Positions 22,501 to 32,694 of a stretch of DNA of 64,000 nt are shown here, piece after piece. Both the position numbers and the translations under genes were made by a program. The stretch lies in NCBI RefSeq assembly GCF_009914755.1, contig NC_060939.1; one strand, 5' to 3'. This stretch comes from the human T2T-CHM13v2.0 reference genome, Homo sapiens. Below the pieces are notes generated by a model. That model did not search any database, was not told the DNA's origin, and saw nothing but the letters and a program-made list of their open reading frames with translations. The number at the start of each line of letters is the position of its first letter. Position 1 is the first letter of the stretch.

Positions 22501-22803
22501 TGAGGAGTCCTCAGAGGAGGACACGGCAGAGCCCAATGGCTTCATTGATTGCCCATCACGGTGAGGACAGGGAAATGGGAGCTTGTGGGATTCTGGTGAT
22601 GACAGAGGTGAGTGTGGTGAAGCCCTAGGGGATGGTGAATGGTAGTTCCGGATCCCTGGTGAGGAGCTTCCCCTTAAGCCTGAGTTTCTGAGAGGGGAGA
22701 GGGAGAAGCTGGGTGAGGCTCGCATGGACCTTGGGGTGTCCGTGCTGGGGGACCGTTCATAAGAAGAGCCACACAAGACCCTACTGTTCTTAGGTGCAGA
22801 CAT
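19531..22803 (-). CDS. Putative 1090-aa Ser/Pro/Thr-rich Pol II CTD-like heptad-repeat protein (unit 4, intact)
   Basis: Uninterrupted 3273-nt ORF. Its ATG is the first ATG after the TATA/Inr and has A at -3 (TAATCATGT). 49-aa repeats of 7 heptads containing YSPTTP. Translation is not demonstrated. Confidence 0.55.
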   Translation of the reverse strand: MSAPKNSRVLCGSSYERSPSTDTPRSMRASPSFSLSPLRNSGLRGSSSPGIRNYHSPSPRASPHSPLSSPESHKLPFPCPHRDGQSMKPLGSAVSSSEDSSESPRSSIIYHMFLLPSPSSSPPALGGSPVSPSYSPNNPRFQLESAPHTQESPTNSRASRCSTTVSCISSPPGLRDPPVAPSYSPAIPRFLRESAPCTQESPRDSQVSGEYERSPSPDSSRFMPASPSFSLSPPRNSDPRGSSSPGMWKSSTSPRRASPLSHPSSTEFHNFTFPFPNQAGQSLMSLCSPVSSSGDSSQSPHSSIMYHMFLLPSSSSSPPATHDSPVCPSYSPTTPRFQRESVPHTPETPTNSQTSVRSSPVSLTSSPPALTDPPVCPSYSPTTPTFQRGSVPGTLGSPPSPPLSLSYSPVSSTSLSPTLRDSPVCPSYSPSTPTLQRESVAGTQKSPPNSPISLRYSPVSLMSSPSLRDSPVCPSYSPTTPTFQLESVPGTPVSPPNSPISLSYSSVSSTSLSPTLRDSPVCPSYSPSTPTLQRESVAGTQKSPPNSPISLRYSPVSLMSSPSLRDSPVCPSYSPTTPTFQLESVPGTPESPPNSPISLSYSSVSSTSLSPTLRDSPVCPSYSPTTPTLQRESVPGTQESPPNSPISLNYSPLSLMSSPVLRDSPVCPSYSPTTPTFQLESVPGTPESPPNSPVSLSYYPVSLMSSPPALRDSPVCPSYSPTMPRFQRGSVPGTQVSPTNSAISLSYSPVSLMSSPPAPWDSPVCPSYSPTTPRFQRESASHSPESPTDSQTSLRSSLVSLRSLPSAHRDSCVSFSYSQNFSRFQLESVPGTHDTPPNSRISLTYSPVSLMFSPPALRDSSVSLSYSPTISRFHLESASRTQESPTNSRTLLQPSPISFTSSPPAFRDSPGSPSFSPAFPRFLPQSAPGTQDNPRHSQASRDYLPMTCTYTGMAPTHPSVTPNPSPLTLRHSQGLTATPHYRPSVRSPGQSTSPHDAVTWPFLHGSREGPTPRRTRTPPAFRPHTQACPSTCYCHTLASRRGPCNGRYHHPVYPHPTAVQREPPAGPRACHSPCWHDAPAGRRPCGPHYR

Positions 22804-22878
22804 GATTAGGAAACCTGCAGCTCCCAGGGGCCCCCACTAATGTTCTAACTCGCAGAAGGAAGGAGTGTGTGTGCGTGT

Positions 22879-22912
<34 letters not shown>

Positions 22913-23120
22913 TTGTGTGTGTGCGGTGTGAGGTATGGGCCCCTTAAGGAAATGGAAATCAACCAACCAATGGGACAGACAGACAGACAGACAGACAGAG
23001 ATTCACTTGCCCAAGTGTTCTGTCCTGTCCTCTGAATCCGCTTCCAAGTCGCAAGACGCTGTGAGCTCCAAGTCCACGCAGAGTCCGCCAAACGCTGCGG
23101 CCGCTGATCCGCTCCGCGAA

Positions 23121-23191
23121 GATCTGAGTACAGGCCAGCCAGGGTGGGTTTAAATAGCCTCGGGCGCAGCCTAGCAGCGGAAAGGGCGGAG
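23121..23191 (-). promoter_or_regulatory. Core promoter of unit 4 (GC box, TATA 23156-23149, Inr 23127-23121)
   Basis: Same motifs as unit 1. DUX-type motif at 23654-23664. Confidence 0.65.
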
Positions 23192-26112
23192 CTTCACTCC
23201 TCCTTTCCATCAGTCACCCCCAACTTTCCCAGGCTACACCTCGTAGGAAACTGTTCTCCTGCTTTGATTTCATGCGCCACCTTTGGGACAATCTAAGAAC
23301 TTACAGGTTTTCTTGGCCAGATTTATTAGGAATTGTATGCACTGAAACACTGAAAACCAACTAGTGGTTCTGTGCTTCCCACGTTGTGGTTTTGACACCA
23401 GCAGCATCCTTGCCACAATCAAACCCCGGAGATCCGCAGATCTGTGTTGTAACAAGACCTCCCCCTGACCCTGAAGCATGGCAGTTGAAGAAGTCTTTCC
23501 GTGTAAGCGAAAAGACTTTGAAGAAAAGGTGGAGATATGCGTTGTATAAACATTCTTTTGCTCTGGAACCACGTAGAGACTTGGGAGCCAGTTGGGTGGA
23601 GCATTCGTTGGATGAGGGTGCTCGGGTTAGGAATATCAAGGTGTTTCTCCAGATAATCCAATCATCTAATTAAGATTCCAGTTATGCTCATCTGTTTTAA
23701 AATTCCGTTTGGGTAAATTCTTTTAGTCAGACTGAGAATGGCAAAGCCTCAACCCCAATTTCCAGGGAGGGTGGAGAGCCTCAGGTGGAGTTGATCACCA
23801 ATAGCCTATAGTTTAACCCATCATGCCTATAGAATGAGGTCTCCATCAAAATCCAAAAGGACTGGGTTCAGAGAGCTTCTGGATAACACTTCCTGGAAGG
23901 TAGTGCGGCCCTCCCCGCATGGCGGGCCCCACATTTATTTCTGAACTTTGTGCAATGTCCGCTAAATTACAACGGCAAATGTAAGTGTTTCCCTGCGTGC
24001 TGTGAGCTCTTCCAGCAAATGAATGCAACTAAATCTGGGAGTGGTGGCAACCTGATTTATAGCCAGTTGCTGAGAAGTACAGGTAAAACAACTTAGGGCT
24101 TCCCATTGTTATTGGTGTGGGAGGCCTGTCTGGCGGGACTCGGCCCTTTGGAATCTAATGCTATGTCCCGGTAGATAGCGTCACCATTGAATTAGAAGAC
24201 ACACATATGTGGAGAATAATCTTTCTGGTCATTTGCTGCATGTCTTATTTACAATATGTAATCAAATTCTTTATCCTGACCTTATGGCACCTGGGTTTGA
24301 ACCAAAAGTTGGTCTGTCACTTTCTGAGTTTGAAACTTTATTTTGCCTTTAGCGTTTTGCTATTGCTTTTTCGTTTTCTTTTGTTTCGTTTCGTTTCTAA
24401 GTTCTGGGGTATATGTGCAGGATGTGCAGATTTGTTACTAAGGTAAACGTGTGCCATGGTGGTTTGCTGCACCTGTCAACCCGTCACCTAGGTATTAAGC
24501 CCAGCATGCAGTAGCTGTTTTTCTTAACGCTCTGCCTCCCGAACGGCCCCAGTGTGTGTTGTTCCCCTTCCTGTGTCCATGGGATCTCACTTTTCAGCTC
24601 CCATTATAAGTGAGAAGGTGGCGTTTGGTTTTCTTTCCCTGGATTAGTTTGCTGACGATAATGACCACACATCACCACTGTTTTTGTTTTTTAGTATAAA
24701 GAGTAGTATTTTATTGAATAAGATTTGCTCACAGAAAAATAAGCTTAAATCTACAATGAATGCCAGACCCTACAGCAGAAAGCAATTTTCTCACTTTTCC
24801 ACACACAATGGTTCCTACTAAGTGAAAAAAAAGCCATAAAATTTCATTCACAAATGTACTACTCTGTCTCAAAACATCTCACGTAATCATGCACTGTACT
24901 AAAGCCATCAGATCAGTTCTTCAGTCAGGTTAAAGAAGTATCCCTCTAATAACTGACTTTTATAATGCTATCAATATCCACTCCCAATCAGTCTGCCATT
25001 GTTAGTGGTGTACAGCATTACTGAATACAACGGAATTGATGACGCCCATATCCACAGACAAACCGTGACTTATGATGGTTTGATTTATGATTTTTCAACG
25101 TTATGATGGGTTTTTTGGAATATTAGATTCGTTTCTGAGTTACACTGGGTTTATGAGTATGCGACCCTACACTCCAGAAACAGCTGTATAAGGAAAAACA
25201 GGTGTACCTAATAAAAATATGCTTAGTGACTTGGGATAAACCAATAGATGTTCACAAGTGATGGAGAGCCGTGAAAGAGAGATAGCGGTAAATAGTTACA
25301 ATAACACAATTTTCCTGCACCTGTCGAGGATTTCCCCCAAAAAACGCAGAATGTGGGATGCACCTAAGGCATATGAAAGAGAGAGGGCAGAAGGAGTAAG
25401 AGAGAAATAGGAGGAAGGAAGGAAGGAAGCAAGGAAGAAAGGAAGGAAGGAAAGAAGGAAGGTAGGACGGAAGGAAGGAAGGAAGGAAGGAAGGAAAGAA
25501 GGATGAAAGGAAGGAGAAAACACCGGTGTTACTAAAACCCCCCAAAAAATGGTTTCCCCCTGTGGGTAAGCCTACAATGTGGATGAATCTTGAAAATATT
25601 GTGCTACGTGTTATGTCAGTCATAGCAGCTCACCTATTGTGCAATTCCGTTTATAGGAAATGTCCACAATATGGAAATCTATGCATATGGGATTGATCGC
25701 ACTAGGTAGTTGCTACCTAGGGCTGAGGGTCAGGGAGAGGGTTTGAGACAGAATGAGGAGTGACTAATGTCTACAGGGTCTTTCTCTGGTCGGGGGTGAT
25801 AAGACGTTTTACAATGGATTGCGAATTAAAATTGAATGTGCACAACCACAGGTATACTAAAAGCCACTCAATTCATGACCTTTAATGGGGGAATCTTACG
25901 TGGCGTAGTCTCATGGAGACCACGGCAGACATAGTGAGAGAGAAAAAGGTGAGTAAATATCTGAAACGGAGGCAGAAACAGAGAGAATGAAAAGCCCTGT
26001 GAATGGAAGGGAGAGCGAAAAGGGAAAATGGTCCTATTTACAAATGACAGATGTGAAACTGGGGTTCACATCAACAGTGTCACTGCCAGGAAGGAGGGTC
26101 ATGCTAGCCATG

Positions 26113-29100
26113 TCACCGGTAGTGTGGCCCGCAGGGACGCCGACCTGCTGGAGCATCGTGCCAGCATGGGCTGTGGCAAGCACGTGGGCCAGCAGGAGGT
26201 TCCCGCTGCACAGCTGTGGGGTGAGGATAGACTGGGTGGTGATATCGGCCATTACAGGGGCCTCTTCTGCTGGCAAGAGTGTGACAGTAGCAAGTAGATG
26301 GACAGGCCTGCGTGTGAGGACGGAATGCAGGAGGGGTTCTTGTGCGCCTGGGTGTGGGGCCCTCACGGGAACCGTGGAGAAATGGCCAGGTAACTGCGTC
26401 ATGTGGGCTAGTAGATTGGCCAGGGCTTCGAACTGAAGGACGATAATGGGGAGTAGCTGTCAGGCCCTGGGAGTGCCTGAGTGTAAGTGGAGATGGGTTT
26501 GGGGTCACTGAGGGATGCGTGGGAGCCATCCCTGTATAGGTACAGGTCATAGGGAGATAGTCTCGTGAGGCCTGTGAGTGTCTAGGGTTGTCCTGGGTGC
26601 CTGGGGCTGACTGTGGCAGAAATCTGGGGAAGGCTGGAGAGAAGCTGGGAGACCCAGGAGAGTCCCTGAAGGCAGGGGGTGAAGAGGTGAAAGAAATGGG
26701 GGAGGGTTGCAGTAAGGTCCGTGAGTTTGTAGGTGATTCCTGGGTGCGGGAAGCTGACTCCAGGTGAAATCTGGAGATGGTTGGAGAGTAGCTGAGAGAG
26801 ACAGAAGAGTCCCTGAGGGCTGGGGGTGAGAACATGAGGGAGACGGGGGAGTAAGTCAGTGAAATTCGTGAGTTCGGTGGTGTATCGTGGGTGCCTGGAA
26901 CTGACTCCAGCTGGAATCTAGAGAAGTTTTGAGAGTAGCTGAAGGAGACACAAGAGTCCCTGTGGGCTGAGGGCAAAGACCTGAGAGAGACCAGGGAGGA
27001 CCTCAGTGAAGTCTGTGAGTCTGTAGGTGATTCCGGAGAGTGGGAGGCTGACTCCCGCTGAAATCTGGGCGTGGTGGGAGAGTAGCTGGGACAGACAGGA
27101 GAGTCCCAGGGGGCTGGGGGTGAAGACATGAGAGAGACTGGGGAGTAACTCAGTGAAATTGCTGAGTTGGTTGGTGATACCTGGGTGCCTGGAACTGACC
27201 CCCGCTGAAATCTGGGCATGGTTGGAGAGTAGCTGGGACACACAGGAGAGTCCCTGAGGGCTGGGGGTGAAGACATGAGCGAGACCGGGTAGTAACTGAG
27301 TGAAACTGGTGAGTTTGGTGGTGACTCCGGGGTGCCTGGAACTGACTCCAGCTGAAATGTGGGCGTGGTTGGAGAGTAGCTGGGACAGACAGGAGAGTCC
27401 CTGAGGACTGGTGAAGACATGAGAGAGAGTGGAGAGTAATTGAGTGAAATTGGTGAGTTTGGTGGTGATTCCTGGGTGCCTGGAACTGACTCCCGCTGAA
27501 GTGTGGGCGTGGTTGGAGAGTAGCTGGGACACACAGGAGAGTCCCTGAGGGTTGGAGATAAAGACGTGCTAGAGACTGAGGAGTAACTGAGTGAAATTGG
27601 TGAGTTTGGTGGTGATTCCGGGGTGCCTGGAACGGACTCCAGCTGAAATGTGGGCGTGGTTGGAGAGTAGCTGGGACAGACGGGAGAGTCCCTGAGGGAT
27701 GGTGAAGACATGAGAGAGACTGGGGAGTAACGCAGTGAAATTGGTGAGTTTGGTGGTGATTTCTGGGTGCCTGCAACGGACTCCCGCTGAAGTGTGGGCG
27801 TGCTTGGAGAGTAGCTGGGACAGACAGGCGAGTCCCTGAGGGTTGGAGATAAAGACGTGCTAGAGACTGAGGAGTAACTGAGTGAAATTGGTGAGTTTGG
27901 TGGTGATACCGGGGTGCCTGGAACGGACTCCAGCTGAAATGTGGGCGTGGTTGGAGAGTAGCTGGGACAGACGGGAGAGTCCCTGAGGGATGGTGAAGAC
28001 ATGAGAGAGACTGGGGAGTAACGCAGTGAAATTGGTGAGTTTGGTGGTGATTTCTGGGTGCCTGCAACGGACTCCCGCTGAAGTGTGGGCGTGCTTGGAG
28101 AGTAGCTGGGACAGACAGGCGAGTCCCTGAGGGTTGGAGATAAAGACGTGCTGGAGACTGGGGAGTAACTCAGTGAAAGTGGTGGGCTTGGTGGTGATCC
28201 CAGGGTTCCTGGAACTGACCCGCGCTGAAATGTGGGCGTGGTTGGAGAGTAGCTGGGACAGACTGGAGGGTCCGTAAGGGCTGGGGGTGAAGACGTGAGA
28301 GAGACTGGCGAGGATCTCACTGAGGTCTGTGAGTTTGTAGGTGTTTCTGGGGTGTGGGGTACAGACTCCCGCTGAAATCTGGGCGTAGTTGGAGAGTAGC
28401 TGGGACAGACAGGAGAGTCATGGGTGGCTGGGGGTGAGCTGCTGGATGATGGCAGTAAGAACATATGGTACATTATTGATGAATGAGGTGACTGTGAAGA
28501 ATCTCCAGAGGAGGACACGGGAGAACACAATGACATGAGTGACTGTCCTGCTTGGTTAGGAAAGGGAAACGTAAAGTTGTGGAATTCTGTTGATGATGGA
28601 TGTGAGAGTGGTGAAGCCCTGCGGGGTGATGTAGAGGACTTCCACATCCCTGGTGAGGAGCTGCCCCTTGGGTCTGAGTTTCTGGGAGGGGAGAGGGAGA
28701 AGCTGGGTGAGGCAGGCATGAATCTTGAGGAGTCAGGGCTGGGGGACCGCTCATATTCTCCCGAGACCTGTGAGTCTCTGGGGGACTCCTGGGTGCATGG
28801 GGCTGACTCCCGCAGGAACCTGGGGATGGCTGGAGAGTAACTGGGAGCCACAGGAGGGTCCCTGAGGCCTGGGGGTGAAGAGATGCAAGACACAGTGGTG
28901 GAGCAGCGTGAGGCTCGTGAGTTTGTAGGTGATTCCTGGGTGTGGGGGGCTGACTCCAGCTGAAATCTGGGGTTGTTTGGAGAGTAGCTGGGAGACACAG
29001 GAGACCCCCCGAGAGCTGGGGGTGAGCTGCTGGGTGATGGCAGTAAGAACATGTGGTATATTATTGATGAACGTGGGGACTCTGAGGAGTCCTCAGAGGA

Positions 29101-29385
29101 GGACACGGCAGAGCCCAATGGCTTCATTGATTGCCCATCACGGTGAGGACAGGGAAATGGGAGCTTGTGGGATTCTGGTGATGACAGAGGTGAGTGTGGT
29201 GAAGCCCTAGGGGATGGTGAATGGTAGTTCCGGATCCCTGGTGAGGAGCTTCCCCTTAAGCCTGAGTTTCTGAGAGGGGAGAGGGAGAAGCTGGGTGAGG
29301 CTCGCATGGACCTTGGGGTGTCCGTGCTGGGGGACCGTTCATAAGAAGAGCCACACAAGACCCTACTGTTCTTAGGTGCAGACAT
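26113..29385 (-). CDS. Putative 1090-aa CTD-like repeat protein (unit 5, intact)
   Basis: Full ORF with C11/R25/H301, as in unit 4. Confidence 0.55.
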   Translation of the reverse strand: MSAPKNSRVLCGSSYERSPSTDTPRSMRASPSFSLSPLRNSGLRGSSSPGIRNYHSPSPRASPHSPLSSPESHKLPFPCPHRDGQSMKPLGSAVSSSEDSSESPRSSIIYHMFLLPSPSSSPPALGGSPVSPSYSPNNPRFQLESAPHTQESPTNSRASRCSTTVSCISSPPGLRDPPVAPSYSPAIPRFLRESAPCTQESPRDSQVSGEYERSPSPDSSRFMPASPSFSLSPPRNSDPRGSSSPGMWKSSTSPRRASPLSHPSSTEFHNFTFPFPNQAGQSLMSLCSPVSSSGDSSQSPHSSIMYHMFLLPSSSSSPPATHDSPVCPSYSPTTPRFQRESVPHTPETPTNSQTSVRSSPVSLTSSPPALTDPPVCPSYSPTTPTFQRGSVPGTLGSPPSPPLSLSYSPVSSTSLSPTLRDSPVCPSYSPSTPTLQRESVAGTQKSPPNSPISLRYSPVSLMSSPSLRDSPVCPSYSPTTPTFQLESVPGTPVSPPNSPISLSYSSVSSTSLSPTLRDSPVCPSYSPSTPTLQRESVAGTQKSPPNSPISLRYSPVSLMSSPSLRDSPVCPSYSPTTPTFQLESVPGTPESPPNSPISLSYSSVSSTSLSPTLRDSPVCPSYSPTTPTLQRESVPGTQESPPNSPISLNYSPLSLMSSPVLRDSPVCPSYSPTTPTFQLESVPGTPESPPNSPVSLSYYPVSLMSSPPALRDSPVCPSYSPTMPRFQRGSVPGTQVSPTNSAISLSYSPVSLMSSPPAPWDSPVCPSYSPTTPRFQRESASHSPESPTDSQTSLRSSLVSLRSLPSAHRDSCVSFSYSQNFSRFQLESVPGTHDTPPNSRISLTYSPVSLMFSPPALRDSSVSLSYSPTISRFHLESASRTQESPTNSRTLLQPSPISFTSSPPAFRDSPGSPSFSPAFPRFLPQSAPGTQDNPRHSQASRDYLPMTCTYTGMAPTHPSVTPNPSPLTLRHSQGLTATPHYRPSVRSPGQSTSPHDAVTWPFLHGSREGPTPRRTRTPPAFRPHTQACPSTCYCHTLASRRGPCNGRYHHPVYPHPTAVQREPPAGPRACHSPCWHDAPAGRRPCGPHYR

Positions 29386-29460
29386 GATTAGGAAACCTGC
29401 AGCTCCCAGGGGCCCCCACTAATGTTCTAACTCGCAGAAGGAAGGAGTGTGTGTGCGTGT

Positions 29461-29494
<34 letters not shown>

Positions 29495-32400
29495 TTGTGT
29501 GTGTGCGGTGTGAGGTATGGGCCCCTTAAGGAAATGGAAATCAACCAACCAATGGGACAGACAGACAGACAGACAGACAGAGATTCACTTGCCCAAGTGT
29601 TCTGTCCTGTCCTCTGAATCCGCTTCCAAGTCGCAAGACGCTGTGAGCTCCAAGTCCACGCAGAGTCCGCCAAACGCTGCGGCCGCTGATCCGCTCCGCG
29701 AAGATCTGAGTACAGGCCAGCCAGGGTGGGTTTAAATAGCCTCGGGCGCAGCCTAGCAGCGGAAAGGGCGGAGCTTCACTCCTCCTTTCCATCAGTCACC
29801 CCCAACTTTCCCAGGCTACACCTCGTAGGAAACTGTTCTCCTGCTTTGATTTCATGCGCCACCTTTGGGACAATCTAAGAACTTACAGGTTTTCTTGGCC
29901 AGATTTATTAGGAATTGTATGCACTGAAACACTGAAAACCAACTAGTGGTTCTGTGCTTCCCACGTTGTGGTTTTGACACCAGCAGCATCCTTGCCACAA
30001 TCAAACCCCGGAGATCCGCAGATCTGTGTTGTAACAAGACCTCCCCCTGACCCTGAAGCATGGCAGTTGAAGAAGTCTTTCCGTGTAAGCGAAAAGACTT
30101 TGAAGAAAAGGTGGAGATATGCGTTGTATAAACATTCTTTTGCTCTGGAACCACGTAGAGACTTGGGAGCCAGTTGGGTGGAGCATTCGTTGGATGAGGG
30201 TGCTCGGGTTAGGAATATCAAGGTGTTTCTCCAGATAATCCAATCATCTAATTAAGATTCCAGTTATGCTCATCTGTTTTAAAATTCCGTTTGGGTAAAT
30301 TCTTTTAGTCAGACTGAGAATGGCAAAGCCTCAACCCCAATTTCCAGGGAGGGTGGAGAGCCTCAGGTGGAGTTGATCACCAATAGCCTATAGTTTAACC
30401 CATCATGCCTATAGAATGAGGTCTCCATCAAAATCCAAAAGGACTGGGTTCAGAGAGCTTCTGGATAACACTTCCTGGAAGGTAGTGCGGCCCTCCCCGC
30501 ATGGCGGGCCCCACATTTATTTCTGAACTTTGTGCAATGTCCGCTAAATTACAACGGCAAATGTAAGTGTTTCCCTGCGTGCTGTGAGCTCTTCCAGCAA
30601 ATGAATGCAACTAAATCTGGGAGTGGTGGCAACCTGATTTATAGCCAGTTGCTGAGAAGTACAGGTAAAACAACTTAGGGCTTCCCATTGTTATTGGTGT
30701 GGGAGGCCTGTCTGGCGGGACTCGGCCCTTTGGAATCTAATGCTATGTCCCGGTAGATAGCGTCACCATTGAATTAGAAGACACACATATGTGGAGAATA
30801 ATCTTTCTGGTCATTTGCTGCATGTCTTATTTACAATATGTAATCAAATTCTTTATCCTGACCTTATGGCACCTGGGTTTGAACCAAAAGTTGGTCTGTC
30901 ACTTTCTGAGTTTGAAACTTTATTTTGCCTTTAGCGTTTTGCTATTGCTTTTTCGTTTTCTTTTGTTTCGTTTCGTTTCTAAGTTCTGGGGTATATGTGC
31001 AGGATGTGCAGATTTGTTACTAAGGTAAACGTGTGCCATGGTGGTTTGCTGCACCTGTCAACCCGTCACCTAGGTATTAAGCCCAGCATGCAGTAGCTGT
31101 TTTTCTTAACGCTCTGCCTCCCGAACGGCCCCAGTGTGTGTTGTTCCCCTTCCTGTGTCCATGGGATCTCACTTTTCAGCTCCCATTATAAGTGAGAAGG
31201 TGGCGTTTGGTTTTCTTTCCCTGGATTAGTTTGCTGACGATAATGACCACACATCACCACTGTTTTTGTTTTTTAGTATAAAGAGTAGTATTTTATTGAA
31301 TAAGATTTGCTCACAGAAAAATAAGCTTAAATCTACAATGAATGCCAGACCCTACAGCAGAAAGCAATTTTCTCACTTTTCCACACACAATGGTTCCTAC
31401 TAAGTGAAAAAAAAGCCATAAAATTTCATTCACAAATGTACTACTCTGTCTCAAAACATCTCACGTAATCATGCACTGTACTAAAGCCATCAGATCAGTT
31501 CTTCAGTCAGGTTAAAGAAGTATCCCTCTAATAACTGACTTTTATAATGCTATCAATATCCACTCCCAATCAGTCTGCCATTGTTAGTGGTGTACAGCAT
31601 TACTGAATACAACGGAATTGATGACGCCCATATCCACAGACAAACCGTGACTTATGATGGTTTGATTTATGATTTTTCAACGTTATGATGGGTTTTTTGG
31701 AATATTAGATTCGTTTCTGAGTTACACTGGGTTTATGAGTATGCGACCCTACACTCCAGAAACAGCTGTATAAGGAAAAACAGGTGTACCTAATAAAAAT
31801 ATGCTTAGTGACTTGGGATAAACCAATAGATGTTCACAAGTGATGGAGAGCCGTGAAAGAGAGATAGCGGTAAATAGTTACAATAACACAATTTTCCTGC
31901 ACCTGTCGAGGATTTCCCCCAAAAAACGCAGAATGTGGGATGCACCTAAGGCATATGAAAGAGAGAGGGCAGAAGGAGTAAGAGAGAAATAGGAGGAAGG
32001 AAGGAAGGAAGCAAGGAAGAAAGGAAGGAAGGAAAGAAGGAAGGTAGGACGGAAGGAAGGAAGGAAGGAAGGAAGGAAAGAAGGATGAAAGGAAGGAGAA
32101 AACACCGGTGTTACTAAAACCCCCCAAAAAATGGTTTCCCCCTGTGGGTAAGCCTACAATGTGGATGAATCTTGAAAATATTGTGCTACGTGTTATGTCA
32201 GTCATAGCAGCTCACCTATTGTGCAATTCCGTTTATAGGAAATGTCCACAATATGGAAATCTATGCATATGGGATTGATCGCACTAGGTAGTTGCTACCT
32301 AGGGCTGAGGGTCAGGGAGAGGGTTTGAGACAGAATGAGGAGTGACTAATGTCTACAGGGTCTTTCTCTGGTCGGGGGTGATAAGACGTTTTACAATGGA

Positions 32401-32694
32401 TTGCGAATTAAAATTGAATGTGCACAACCACAGGTATACTAAAAGCCACTCAATTCATGACCTTTAATGGGGGAATCTTACGTGGCGTAGTCTCATGGAG
32501 ACCACGGCAGACATAGTGAGAGAGAAAAAGGTGAGTAAATATCTGAAACGGAGGCAGAAACAGAGAGAATGAAAAGCCCTGTGAATGGAAGGGAGAGCGA
32601 AAAGGGAAAATGGTCCTATTTACAAATGACAGATGTGAAACTGGGGTTCACATCAACAGTGTCACTGCCAGGAAGGAGGGTCATGTTAGCCATG

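Noticed and set aside
19531-22803. Calling the ORF POLR2A/RPB1 or giving it a gene symbol
   Set aside because: It has no polymerase catalytic motif (NADFDGD) and only degenerate heptads. I do not recognise a named gene.
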